Source of the DNA: an uncultured delta proteobacterium | GTDB lineage: Bacteria > Desulfobacterota > Desulfobacteria > Desulfobacterales > JAFDCJ01 | Assembly: GCA_963769935.1 (NCBI GenBank) | Contig: CAVYNY010000010.1 | Span: forward strand, 448,001-512,000 | Reading direction: 5' to 3' | DNA: 64,000 nt | In this document: positions 1 to 9,023 of the stretch, in pieces | Layout: each line of letters starts with the position of its first letter | How positions within the stretch are numbered: the first letter of the stretch is position 1 | The notes under the pieces: model-generated | What the model was told of the DNA's origin: nothing | The model's input: only the letters and a program-made list of their open reading frames with translations | Databases searched by the model: none | Position numbers and translations under genes: made by a program

Positions 1-1
1 G

Positions 2-247
2 CACTCTACCGCAACGATCCGACCTTTTGAACAGGCGGTCAAATCCATCCCCAATATCCTGGTCTGCTATCATGTCACCGGTCGTTTCGACTACATTTTG
101 CACCTGGTTGCCAAAAATCTCAAGGATCTGGGAATACTCGTCAAAGAACGCATCGCATCCATGCCGGGCGTGGGAAAAACCGAAACCTTTTTGGTCTTTT
201 CCGAAATAAAAAACGACAATGGTTACCCATTGGAACAGGCGGATTAA
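2..247 (+). CDS. Lrp/AsnC family transcriptional regulator, C-terminal part (5' end outside window)
   Basis: My frame +2 translation FEQAVKSIPNILVCYHVTGRFDYILHLVAKNLKDLGILVKERIASMPGVGKTETFLVFSEIK fits the AsnC/RAM ligand-binding domain; TAA at 245-247; not in the ORF track. Confidence 0.85.
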   Translation, partial: HSTATIRPFEQAVKSIPNILVCYHVTGRFDYILHLVAKNLKDLGILVKERIASMPGVGKTETFLVFSEIKNDNGYPLEQAD

Positions 248-262
248 GGAAGGAGCGGAATC

Positions 263-1528
263 ATGAACGACCTAAGACAGCAATTGAAGATACCGGAAAA
301 CCGGCTCAACGAAATAAACGACCTATTAACCGATCCCAAAAACGAAACGATCAGCCGGATAATTGAAATCGTTGAAAAGTACGGCGGCCCCGCAGAGATT
401 AACCGCAAGGCCGCCGAGGCCAGAAAATTTGACAACCTGATGGCCCGCTTAAAAAAGATCAATTCGCCGTATGTCGCCGATCTCGATTGGCTGGCAGCGC
501 AGCGCGATAAAAATGCTTTTGTCAGCATGGCCGAATACTATGATCGTGTTTTGGGCGAGAAAGACGCCGGATCTGAGATCAACCGCGAGAATGCGGTGAC
601 CCTGGAGATCAGCGCGCTGCAGTTTTTTCCGTGGCTCATTGCCGAGGCCAAGCAGGCCATTCAAAAAAAAGAATTGATGCCCTGCCGCTATATCCGGGTC
701 CGCAACATGCAGGAGCAGGCCGGAGACAACGGGGACATTCTGGCCACAGCCGCCGCAGTTCAGATTGTAGGCGCCACCTATGTCGAAACCCTGGACACCA
801 AAGGCACCGACGGTTCCAACATTCATCTTTGCGGTCCGGAAACCATTACCGGCTATTTCGGCGGCATCGGTCAGCCGAATGATCACCCCTACAAATGGGT
901 GGATGAATACCTGTACTATTACACCACCTACGGCGTGCGCCAGGTGCTGAACATCAATGCCGGCACCATTCTGGCAGGCTACCTGCTGCACAAACTGGGG
1001 GTGGATAACGAATTCAAGATTTCGGTGTTTATGGGCAATGACAATCCCCTGGCCATCCTGTGGACCCTGATGGCCGCCCGCCTGTTTGCCCGCGATGACG
1101 GCACCACATCACTGATCGGCTTTAATCTGTCCAACTCGGCCAACAACTGGACGATCCGCCAGTCCGCTCAAATCCGCAAGGCTTTGGGTCTGGAAAAGGT
1201 GGTGCGCTTCGAACACCACATCACGGAAACCCAGAAATCGATTGTCCGCCAGCCATACAACCGGCGCGAAGAACTGGTTGAAATCGCCCGCGAAGTCGCC
1301 AACATCGCCGCCAAGCACGAAGGCGGTGATCCGGATATCGACTGCTGCCGTGAGCACCCCAGTGATATTCTGGACTACTTTATGCCCAAAGAAGAGATTA
1401 TTTCCAAGGGCCTGATGGATGCCATGCTGCTCAACTACCTGGATAAACACGATGCGGTCAACCGCACCGCCGCGGCCCTGATCAAGGCCGGCGTTGGTGC
1501 TGTCGGCGCCTGGCATCTTCATAAGTAA
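263..1528 (+). CDS. Conserved hypothetical protein (421 aa), probable alpha/beta enzyme
   Basis: Long ORF with AGGAG RBS 15 nt after the Lrp stop; enzyme-like motifs (ETLDTKGTDGSN, GYFGGIGQP, EHHITET, KHEGG); family not recognised. Confidence 0.8.
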   Translation: MNDLRQQLKIPENRLNEINDLLTDPKNETISRIIEIVEKYGGPAEINRKAAEARKFDNLMARLKKINSPYVADLDWLAAQRDKNAFVSMAEYYDRVLGEKDAGSEINRENAVTLEISALQFFPWLIAEAKQAIQKKELMPCRYIRVRNMQEQAGDNGDILATAAAVQIVGATYVETLDTKGTDGSNIHLCGPETITGYFGGIGQPNDHPYKWVDEYLYYYTTYGVRQVLNINAGTILAGYLLHKLGVDNEFKISVFMGNDNPLAILWTLMAARLFARDDGTTSLIGFNLSNSANNWTIRQSAQIRKALGLEKVVRFEHHITETQKSIVRQPYNRREELVEIAREVANIAAKHEGGDPDIDCCREHPSDILDYFMPKEEIISKGLMDAMLLNYLDKHDAVNRTAAALIKAGVGAVGAWHLHK

Positions 1529-1631
1529 AGAATCCTGGCCAAGAGGACAAGGCTCTATGATTGAACAAACTGAGGCTGAGTCGACGTCCGACCCTTCTTC
1601 CCGAGGGATATAGGGAAAACCGGCATACCAA

Positions 1632-1790
1632 AGGGTCACTCAAAATAACTTCGCATTTTATACGCCGATGCATCCCGCCCGGCTGCGTTGCGAAAGCTCG
1701 GAATCCGCCGCGGCGGATTCCTGCGTTTTCGCGCCTTGCCGTCCGGGCGTCTCGACGCCTAGAGCTTTGAATTAATTTCGTAAATCCTAA
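1632..1790. repeat. MITE/REP-like palindromic element
   Basis: Perfect 22-bp palindrome GGAATCCGCCGCGGCGGATTCC (1700-1721) inside a longer imperfect hairpin (gcccgg..gcgttgcgaaa / tttcgcgccttg..ccgggc); outer limits approximate. Confidence 0.55.
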
Positions 1791-1892
1791 CCTGCCAATT
1801 ATATTGACATATCGCTGCAGTTGTTGTATCTGCATCATGAATAACCGACCGCATCAATATTTATCCATGCCTGGAAGTTTTATGGTGATGTC

Positions 1893-2237
1893 ATGATTCG
1901 CTATCAGCATAAAGAAATTGAGGCGATCCTGAAACTTTTCGAAAAGGAGCTGTCGTCATTAAATCGCCTTAGCAAAGTTGAAAAGATGAAAATAAGAAAA
2001 AGAGTCGCGAATTCAATTTTGCCGGCTTTAACCCTGAGCAATTCTGAACCGGATATTTTCCTCAACATTGTTGAAAACAAATTAAAAGACGTGTTTGATC
2101 TTTTTTTCGATGCCTGGGGATTCCGGGAGAGACTGCACACCCTGCTGGATAGAATTAATAAAAACAAACGCGAGCACAAAAAACGGCAGCAAGTTGTCGG
2201 GACGAGTCCTCAGCTGTCGGACCAAATCAAGCAGTAA
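1893..2237 (+). CDS. Hypothetical protein (114 aa)
   Basis: ATG ORF, basic helical composition, convergent with the next gene. Confidence 0.6.
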   Translation: MIRYQHKEIEAILKLFEKELSSLNRLSKVEKMKIRKRVANSILPALTLSNSEPDIFLNIVENKLKDVFDLFFDAWGFRERLHTLLDRINKNKREHKKRQQVVGTSPQLSDQIKQ

Positions 2238-2706
2238 CTTTATAAATCAGATAAAACTGCCATAGGACCACCGAAACTAGCGCGGCAATGATGACATAGA
2301 ATAAAGAGCGGGTGTAAATCTTAATTGCCCGCAAAAAAATATTTTGACATATTAGCAGAAGAAATACAGCCAGGCACGTCATCAGGTATTTGACTGCCAG
2401 AAACGCATAGGGGCCGATTTTCAGGTAATAGGCCATTACCGGATTGATTTCAACAGCGCCATGACTCGTTAATAGGAGCGTCAACAGTGCATCTGTCACG
2501 CTCAAGAACAGTATTATAAGGATCGCCCCGAAAAGGGATTGGCTGTATCGGTCGACACAGAAAAGACCATTCTTATCTTCCTGGCGGCGGATGTTTTCCC
2601 GCCTTCCGCCTCTTAAAAAAGAGCGCATACTAAGCGTACCGGTTTTGCGCCGGTCTTTACGCGAACGCCTCTCGATGATTCCTGATTCTTGAGAAGAGCT
2701 TTTCAT
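2227..2706 (-). CDS. DUF5658-like membrane protein with N-terminal ERR/DRR motifs
   Basis: ERRSRKDRR..GRR N-terminus, then LSVTDALLTLLL..GAVEINPVM..FLAVKY and three hydrophobic helices; start set at ATG 2706. Confidence 0.75.
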   Translation of the reverse strand: MKSSSQESGIIERRSRKDRRKTGTLSMRSFLRGGRRENIRRQEDKNGLFCVDRYSQSLFGAILIILFLSVTDALLTLLLTSHGAVEINPVMAYYLKIGPYAFLAVKYLMTCLAVFLLLICQNIFLRAIKIYTRSLFYVIIAALVSVVLWQFYLIYKVTA

Positions 2707-2817
2707 TTTAATGATCACCTCAATCCGGCACCGCAATTTAGAGTCGACTGCCAAGGCAGATATGTTGCCGCTTCAATTTCGGTGCTTTCGCAGACGGCAC
2801 CAATTATCGGCTTACGG

Positions 2818-2970
2818 CTATTCAAGTGAATCCAAGTGTTCTACTACCGTAATCTTCTCGTTTTTAGAAACCTTGATTTCATTAGAAACGGAAAGAAGAT
2901 AAACGGCGGCCCCAAAAAAGCAGGAAGCGGCAGCCAGGCCGGCAATAGCTATCAATATATTATCTGTCAC
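2818..2970 (-). CDS. Small single-TM protein (50 aa)
   Basis: GTG start after AGGGGGG RBS; MTDNILIAIAGLAAASCFFGAAVYLLSVSNEIK...; paralogous to 5559-5678; below the ORF-track cutoff. Confidence 0.65.
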   Translation of the reverse strand: MTDNILIAIAGLAAASCFFGAAVYLLSVSNEIKVSKNEKITVVEHLDSLE

Positions 2971-3063
2971 TTTACCCCCCTTTTCGGCGCTTGTCGATAT
3001 TGATTAAGTGGTTGCATTTTTCTGTTATGAATGATCTTAAATTAAAATAGACTAATTGGAAGA

Positions 3064-3855
3064 TCATTTCCTGGATGCATCTGAAGAGATAATTTTTCTT
3101 CTTTTGCTGCCGCGGCGATCTGAACCGGTCCGGCGATCCAAATCGCACCGGCGCTCCCGACCGGATCTTCTTTCAAAGCTCACGCCAACACCCCGCAGGC
3201 CAATCCTTACGATCCACCCTTTTACCAGGACATCCTTGCCGGCTTTGCCCCCCGGAACGACAAGTTGAATGCTCTCGCCCAGAGAAAATTTTGCATCGGT
3301 TTCTATCAAAGCCCCTCCGCGGCTGATGTTGGCAACCAAACCTGAAAATTTAAGTCTTTTACAAATAAAATAAAGCGGCCTGTTGTATACTCGGCGGTTG
3401 TATTTTCGGGAGTCTTTCTCACCGACAAACTCGCTTTCCGCCGGCGTCTGCTCCTCTAGTTTTACGACTTCAGGACTTTCCAGAAATGAGTCGGAGGAAT
3501 TTAAGAACTTGCCGCCATATCCGTACTGGTAAGGCGAATCTTTCAATTCCTGCTGCCATTTAATTTTAACCTCGAAAAGAAGCTGGGTATCATGGTCGCC
3601 AGATTCGGTGCGGGTTGCCAGGCCGATAAACACTTCCTCATCGGGATAGATAGGTTCATCGGACTCAAAATACAAACCGCCTTTGCTGAAATTAAACATT
3701 TTGCCGGGATGAATAATGTCATTCGATGAAACATCATGCGAAATAAAAGCTTCATATTTGAAGCGTTTATCATATCGGCGTTCATTGTTTGACTTCAAAA
3801 TTTGTCTCTTGGCAGTGTTGATGCACAAAGCCGTGCGGAAAAACAATTGCGCCAT
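3064..3855 (-). CDS. Tandem PilZ domain protein
   Basis: Two RxxxR...N(F/I)SxGG motifs (ERRYDKR..NFSKGG; SRKYNRR..NISRGG) plus ERR/DRR repeat tail; start uncertain. Confidence 0.85.
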   Translation of the reverse strand: MAQLFFRTALCINTAKRQILKSNNERRYDKRFKYEAFISHDVSSNDIIHPGKMFNFSKGGLYFESDEPIYPDEEVFIGLATRTESGDHDTQLLFEVKIKWQQELKDSPYQYGYGGKFLNSSDSFLESPEVVKLEEQTPAESEFVGEKDSRKYNRRVYNRPLYFICKRLKFSGLVANISRGGALIETDAKFSLGESIQLVVPGGKAGKDVLVKGWIVRIGLRGVGVSFERRSGRERRCDLDRRTGSDRRGSKRRKIISSDASRK

Positions 3856-3944
3856 CGTCCCGATCTGCGGTCCGGCAAGTTATTGATAGTTTGCTGACAA
3901 TTGCTTTGCATGGCATAGTTTCTGGTAAAGATTGAATTGCGCAT

Positions 3945-4250
3945 TTAAAATTTAAATGGTCGATTTCCGGGCATCTTTGGTCTACTTAACGATGCCGGAA
4001 GTTCTTGTCTTCTGAGAATGACTTCAAATTTTCTGCCGGCCTGTTCAATCACCCCTCTCCGGGATTTTTTTTTGCTGCTTTCATCAAGCTCGGAATTTGC
4101 TTCTATCGCTGCCAACTCCTTGCCAATGAAGTTATTCAGGTTGGCAATGTCATTGTATACTTGTTCAATGGCAGCCGCCGACGCCCCTGAAGACTTTTGC
4201 TGAGCGTCTTTTAAAATGCGGCGCGCCTTCGATAGTACATGTTCCAGCAT
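3945..4250 (-). CDS. Hypothetical helical protein (101 aa)
   Basis: ATG ORF after AGGGA; coiled-coil-like composition. Confidence 0.55.
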   Translation of the reverse strand: MLEHVLSKARRILKDAQQKSSGASAAAIEQVYNDIANLNNFIGKELAAIEANSELDESSKKKSRRGVIEQAGRKFEVILRRQELPASLSRPKMPGNRPFKF

Positions 4251-4878
4251 AAACCGTTATTCCCTTTGTGAACGGCTAAGCAAGGCTCTTGCGTGGATTG
4301 ATTTTCCCCCGGATAGATCCGCCCATCAAATTCAACGACAATTAGCCGACCGTTTAGCTCGGGCAATCTGATGGCTGAACCAGATTCATTGTGCCATTTG
4401 CAAAAACTATGCAAAATTAACTCGGAAATGATCCTTTAAACGAGCAGCGCTATACTTGTGCGGCCTGGAGCCATAGGGGTTTGGTCCTGATGCCGGACTG
4501 GGTAATTTTGGGCAGGTTTAAAAATATTAAAAAATATCAGTAGTTTTATGACCGAATTTAAACCCGAACCGGCTTGAGCTAAAAACAGGACCAGCTCAGG
4601 CTGGATAATTATAAGGCGGTTTGAAAATATCTGCCGGAATCAGGATGGTAAGAAGAGGATTGGATAAATTCTATTTACCTGTTTACCCAATTTTATCACT
4701 ATGAAGTTTGAATTTCATAAATTTCGGGAGGCGTCTGAAAATTCTTTTTAATATTTAAATTTGGGAAAATTTTTACCCTATAATGGCCAAGGCTTTTCCC
4801 AATCTCTTAATTTGCCGCTCGAGCACCGCTGATTGTAACTAACTGAAATCTATTTAGATATATCATAATAAAATTAAT

Positions 4879-4894
4879 TGGCACTTTTTTTGCT
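4879..4894 (+). promoter_or_regulatory. Sigma-54 (-24/-12) promoter
   Basis: TGGCACTTTTTTTGCT = GG-N10-GC, upstream of PilZ gene 5009. Confidence 0.7.
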
Positions 4895-5008
4895 GCAATC
4901 TACTTATTTTTAAAGGGAGAACGAAAATGGAATGATAGATACAGCAGCTGCGATATGGCCCGGCACGGCCTTGATTCATATAATTTCATACCGGAAGGGG
5001 GAAAGTAA

Positions 5009-5323
5009 TTGTCAATACAAATTGCGGACAAAGCCAGGATATATGAGAAAAGATTTAATCCAAGATCACCTTATTCAGGCCACATATTCTTTGCCACCAA
5101 AGACCGGTTATACGAGGGGAAATTAATAAATTTTAGTCGGTACGGTCTTTTTATTAAGACAACCGAGCCGCCGGATTTAGAAGCGATACTTACGATTGCA
5201 CTGCCATTTTCAGATGGTCGGCAGTGCAAATGCAAAGGTCAGATAGTTTGGCGCAACGATGAGGGAATTGGGGTCGAAATATTTAAAAAACGCACTTTGC
5301 TCAACCTAAGGATCATAAAATAA
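5009..5323 (+). CDS. Single PilZ domain protein
   Basis: EKRFNPR..NFSRYGLFI..GQIVWRNDEGIGVE; AAGGGGG RBS. Confidence 0.85.
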   Translation: MSIQIADKARIYEKRFNPRSPYSGHIFFATKDRLYEGKLINFSRYGLFIKTTEPPDLEAILTIALPFSDGRQCKCKGQIVWRNDEGIGVEIFKKRTLLNLRIIK

Positions 5324-5328
5324 TCAGG

Positions 5329-5535
5329 TTGTATCTTCATCATTGCAATTTGAAGGAAAAGCAATTTCAGGAGACGGCCAATCCACGCTATTTATGGCTT
5401 GGCGATAGACAATTACAAGCCTTCGCCGTTTTAGAACACGGGATTCAAACGAGAAAAGGCCTCACCCTGCTTACCGGCGATGTGGGCACGGGGAAAACAG
5501 TTCTTCTCAAATCTGACGGGTTTTTTAACAGGTAA
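5329..5535 (+). pseudogene. Truncated ExeA/MshM-like AAA ATPase (N-terminal 68 aa only)
   Basis: MYLHHCNLKEKQF..NPRYLWLG..GLTLLTGDVGTGKT is the ExeA N-terminus with Walker A; stops right afterwards with no continuation seen. Confidence 0.75.
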
Positions 5536-5558
5536 AACAAAATATACGGGGGTGAATA

Positions 5559-5678
5559 ATGGGCACCATCCTTCTGTTCATAGCCGGAATCGCTGCCTTG
5601 TCCACTTTATTGGCGATTATGATTTATCTGCTATCCCTTTCGCGCGAGGTTCAGCTGCCGGACATTGATGAAGTCTGA
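5559..5678 (+). CDS. Small single-TM protein (39 aa)
   Basis: GGGGTG RBS; MGTILLFIAGIAALSTLLAIMIYLLSLSREVQLPDIDEV; paralog of 2818-2970. Confidence 0.65.
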   Translation: MGTILLFIAGIAALSTLLAIMIYLLSLSREVQLPDIDEV

Positions 5679-5731
5679 AAATTCCGGATGGCGGCTTCTT
5701 CGGTTTTGATTTCACCATTGCAGGGAACCCC

Positions 5732-6283
5732 ATGACCATCTCTTCCAAGATGAAAAAAACTGTTTTATTTACCCTCCTGATGATTTTTTATACCCAGCTT
5801 CAGGCCTTTTCCCAGCAAGAACTTGACGGCAAGCTGCTGTTAGAGCGATTCAAGGAAGTGCAAAGCCAAATTATGGATGCACGCATAAGGCTAGGTGAAG
5901 CACTTATTCAACATTTAGATCATCAGGGCGACTATGTACAGGCCGAGAGGATGAAAGGCATTTACAGACTTGCCACTGATTATCAGACATTTTGCGAAGG
6001 TGAGCAAAGAGCTTTTTTTATGTATATTTACATCAAAGAAGGCGTGAAAGTCTATATTTCCGCCTATTCACGAGATTTGCTGCAAAAAAAGAAAAAAGAA
6101 TCGGATGCGTCTTTGCAAAATCTTGCGAATTATTCTGCCGACATAAAAGACAAGAATACCCTGCTTATTATCACCAGCCTCCAAAGCCGTATTGCAGAAG
6201 GCCAGGACTTAATGAACCAACTGATTGAATTTTACTCTTCGGAAAATGCTAAATATAAGAAAGAACCAAGTACTGCTGATTAA
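5732..6283 (+). CDS. Hypothetical exported helical protein
   Basis: Signal peptide MKKTVLFTLLMIFYTQLQAFS; 183 aa. Confidence 0.7.
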   Translation: MTISSKMKKTVLFTLLMIFYTQLQAFSQQELDGKLLLERFKEVQSQIMDARIRLGEALIQHLDHQGDYVQAERMKGIYRLATDYQTFCEGEQRAFFMYIYIKEGVKVYISAYSRDLLQKKKKESDASLQNLANYSADIKDKNTLLIITSLQSRIAEGQDLMNQLIEFYSSENAKYKKEPSTAD

Positions 6284-6326
6284 AATCCAAATCCGAGGCT
6301 TGGTTTGGAAAAATTGGAGATGGAAG

Positions 6327-6542
6327 ATGTACACAATGCCCCTGTATGAGGTCAGATGTCATGAAAAGCGAGAATGGAAAGAGATCTCCGATGTTGAACT
6401 GATGGATCGCTTATACAAGTTCTACAACAAAGTTACCCCGGCAATCAAGGAAATGATCGAGGGCAAAGAATTTCAAACCCCGGATGCCGTATATCGGATC
6501 AAGTTGAAAGGAGGAGAACATTCCAAGGCGAAGGCAGCTTAA
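6327..6542 (+). CDS. Hypothetical protein (~71 aa)
   Basis: GGAGA RBS before MYTMPLYEVRC. Confidence 0.6.
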   Translation: MYTMPLYEVRCHEKREWKEISDVELMDRLYKFYNKVTPAIKEMIEGKEFQTPDAVYRIKLKGGEHSKAKAA

Positions 6543-6547
6543 ATAAA

Positions 6548-6590
6548 TATGTGAAAAATAATTCACAATTATGTGAAAAATAATTCACAA
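6548..6590. promoter_or_regulatory. Tandem palindromic operator/UAS (2 x TATGTGAAAAATAATTCACAA)
   Basis: Exact 21-bp copies at 6548-6568 and 6570-6590, each containing TGTGAA-N6-TTCACA. Confidence 0.55.
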
Positions 6591-6739
6591 CCGAACTGCA
6601 CGATATTTCATCCGACAATATAACTATTTAAAATTGTAGTCTTTATTTTCAGACACCAACTTTGCATGTTTTTTGCACAAGCAAATCTGGGAAACTCGCA
6701 TAAGGTAAAAAAGCAACTCAGAACACGGAGGGGGAATCA

Positions 6740-7042
6740 ATGGCGCAAGGCTTGAACGCAGTTAAGTGCTTATTTATAAGACGCTTAAAAGATAAAGGCA
6801 TTGAAGAATGTTTAATTCCAGGATTTCTCAGAATATTGGCCAATTCCCTCATCGGTTACCCCGATACAAACCTCTTTCTGATAAATAAAAAGTTGGGATA
6901 CCTGGGATGGCCGGATTTTGAGTTGGATGAACACACGTTCCAGTTGGCCCTGGCGTGTTTTGAAGATGATGCGGCGGATATATCCAAACACCTGCCGGCG
7001 GAATGGTTCTCCAACAATTATGGCTTGGGCGTCGCAAAATAA
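6740..7042 (+). CDS. Hypothetical protein (100 aa)
   Basis: GGAGGGGG RBS, ATG start. Confidence 0.7.
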   Translation: MAQGLNAVKCLFIRRLKDKGIEECLIPGFLRILANSLIGYPDTNLFLINKKLGYLGWPDFELDEHTFQLALACFEDDAADISKHLPAEWFSNNYGLGVAK

Positions 7043-7054
7043 TAAGGATGAAAT

Positions 7055-7363
7055 ATGAATAAATCCAAACTGATTCGGCTGCTAAATGAAACCTGCGGGA
7101 TCGATCTATCCGACGAGGATGAGTTCTGCATTGAGGGAATACAGGTAAAATTAAATGAAAGCCGGAAACTTAAAAACGTTATGACCTCCGCCACGGCCCT
7201 GGAAAAAAGGAAAGTCAAATTTGACAGAGCTGTTGACGATCTACTGCTCGATTTTCTGGGTACAAAACTAGACTTGTATATAAAGCTCACGGAACCAAAG
7301 ATTAATATGATTTTCAAATCAAAATGGTTTGAAAAATACCGGAGGCAGACGGTTTTTGCTTAA
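7055..7363 (+). CDS. Hypothetical protein resembling the C-terminal domain of type I restriction subunit HsdR
   Basis: LIRLLNETCGIDLSDED...KFDRAVDDLLLDF..LDLYIKLTEP..FKSKWFEKY resembles HsdR C-termini (recalled pattern); own AAGGA RBS. Confidence 0.55.
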   Translation: MNKSKLIRLLNETCGIDLSDEDEFCIEGIQVKLNESRKLKNVMTSATALEKRKVKFDRAVDDLLLDFLGTKLDLYIKLTEPKINMIFKSKWFEKYRRQTVFA

Positions 7364-7498
7364 TTATCCTGCTGGAAAAATTCCAGCCCTTTTCGTTTAA
7401 AGTCTAATTTATACCAAAAGCAATAATCAAATTATATTTCCCCCGCAGATGCTCTCCTTTACCAACCTATGCCTGAGGCATATAGATTGCTCCGGCAA

Positions 7499-7843
7499 CT
7501 AGACCAGACCGGCCTCGGTAAGAATTCCAAATGCCTTGACAGTGGCATCAATTGCTTTGGCGGCATTTTCCACCCAATCGGCTACCTCTTCAAGTTGTTC
7601 AATTTTGCTTTTGATTCTTTTATTTATAGACTTTAATGCCTTGGATTTCTCTTTGAGCACTTCTATGCTGTCCTTCAATTCATTTAATAGTACCAAATTG
7701 TCAATTTCCCTCAGCACATCGGAAAGGTCATCCAGAATTTTGCGCTGTTGAAGTGTTAGTCCCGGCTCATCAAGAGTGTTGGTTACGTTCGTTTCAGCTT
7801 CGCGTATTATCTTTAAAATTGAAACTTTCTCTGTGTTTGCCAC
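7499..7843 (-). CDS. Hypothetical coiled-coil protein (114 aa)
   Basis: AAGGA RBS, GTG start, heptad-rich, amphipathic C-terminus. Confidence 0.7.
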   Translation of the reverse strand: MANTEKVSILKIIREAETNVTNTLDEPGLTLQQRKILDDLSDVLREIDNLVLLNELKDSIEVLKEKSKALKSINKRIKSKIEQLEEVADWVENAAKAIDATVKAFGILTEAGLV

Positions 7844-7887
7844 GTTTTTAAATTCCTTTCGTTAGAAGAATCTCCCTTGCTGAGTAG

Positions 7888-8850
7888 CTATTTGGCTAGG
7901 TCCTTTTTGACTTTATTTGCAGCGTTAACTTCATTTGACAGTGCTTCAATTTGTTGCATAGCCTCTTTCAAGGTTTTTCGAACACGCGTCTTTTCAACCA
8001 GATCATTGTGAGCCTTTTTATAAGTTTCAGCCGCCATTGCAATCTGATCAGATAGGATTAGCAATTGACGTGACATATAGACATTATCGTAGACGAATGA
8101 AACCGTAGATATATTGACCTTTTTGTTATTATTCGCCACTGATTTGAAATCTTTCCCGATGTAGTTCATTTCATAATTAACCAGCGCCGGCTTTATTTTT
8201 TCCGATGCAATTGTTTGAACTTCATCCATAAGATCGATAATCAATGGGTTTGCTTCCTTAATTGTAGTTTTAAGAATAGAGGCTTGCTTGACTCGGGTAT
8301 AAATGCCTCCGGCCGACCGTATCCCCATAGCAATTAAACCTCCAACTTTATCCATAGGATCATCATTTCTGTATTTCCGATTATATTTGTCGGTAGCTTC
8401 ATCCAATGATTTTCCAAGCTTTATGGCATTGTTGCTTAGAGCAGCGGCATAATCATCAGAAACAAGTAGGGTCAGAAGATCAGAATAAGTCTGCAGGACA
8501 GACAATGCCGCATCCATTTGTTTACCGGCAGACGCAAATTCCGTTTCATCCTTGTAAGCCGACTGAATTTTTTCCCAGGCATTGTTGGCTGCGGATGTGT
8601 CAATCCTTCCTTGCTTGTCTGATTGACCGAATTCTTCACGAGTTATACTTAGCAACTTGCTATTTCTTACCAGGACACCGTAAGACTGAGCAAGTGTTCC
8701 GGGCAATTCGCTATAATTTTGACTTGCTTCGGCAAACCTTTTAACTTCCTTTACCTGTGAAGTGGTCAATACTGCACAGCCGTTTGCCATGAATAGGATT
8801 AATATAAGGCCTACAGACAAATAGATAGTCCGCAGCTTGTATAACTTCAT
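7888..8850 (-). CDS. Hypothetical alpha-helical lipoprotein (320 aa)
   Basis: Signal peptide with lipobox-like ANG-C; GGGAG RBS; AT-rich. Confidence 0.75.
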   Translation of the reverse strand: MKLYKLRTIYLSVGLILILFMANGCAVLTTSQVKEVKRFAEASQNYSELPGTLAQSYGVLVRNSKLLSITREEFGQSDKQGRIDTSAANNAWEKIQSAYKDETEFASAGKQMDAALSVLQTYSDLLTLLVSDDYAAALSNNAIKLGKSLDEATDKYNRKYRNDDPMDKVGGLIAMGIRSAGGIYTRVKQASILKTTIKEANPLIIDLMDEVQTIASEKIKPALVNYEMNYIGKDFKSVANNNKKVNISTVSFVYDNVYMSRQLLILSDQIAMAAETYKKAHNDLVEKTRVRKTLKEAMQQIEALSNEVNAANKVKKDLAK

Positions 8851-9023
8851 ATTGTCTCCCTATTAAAAGTCAGAAAACGTGGCCTGAAAATGCACATGTG
8901 CAATTAATACATTTTAGCCACCCCGATAGCAAGGATTCATTTCCTTCAATCTCCACCTCTTAACGGAAGGGGTTTTACCGCAGCAATTAGGTCGGCGATT
9001 AAATTTTGATTTACTGAAGACAT

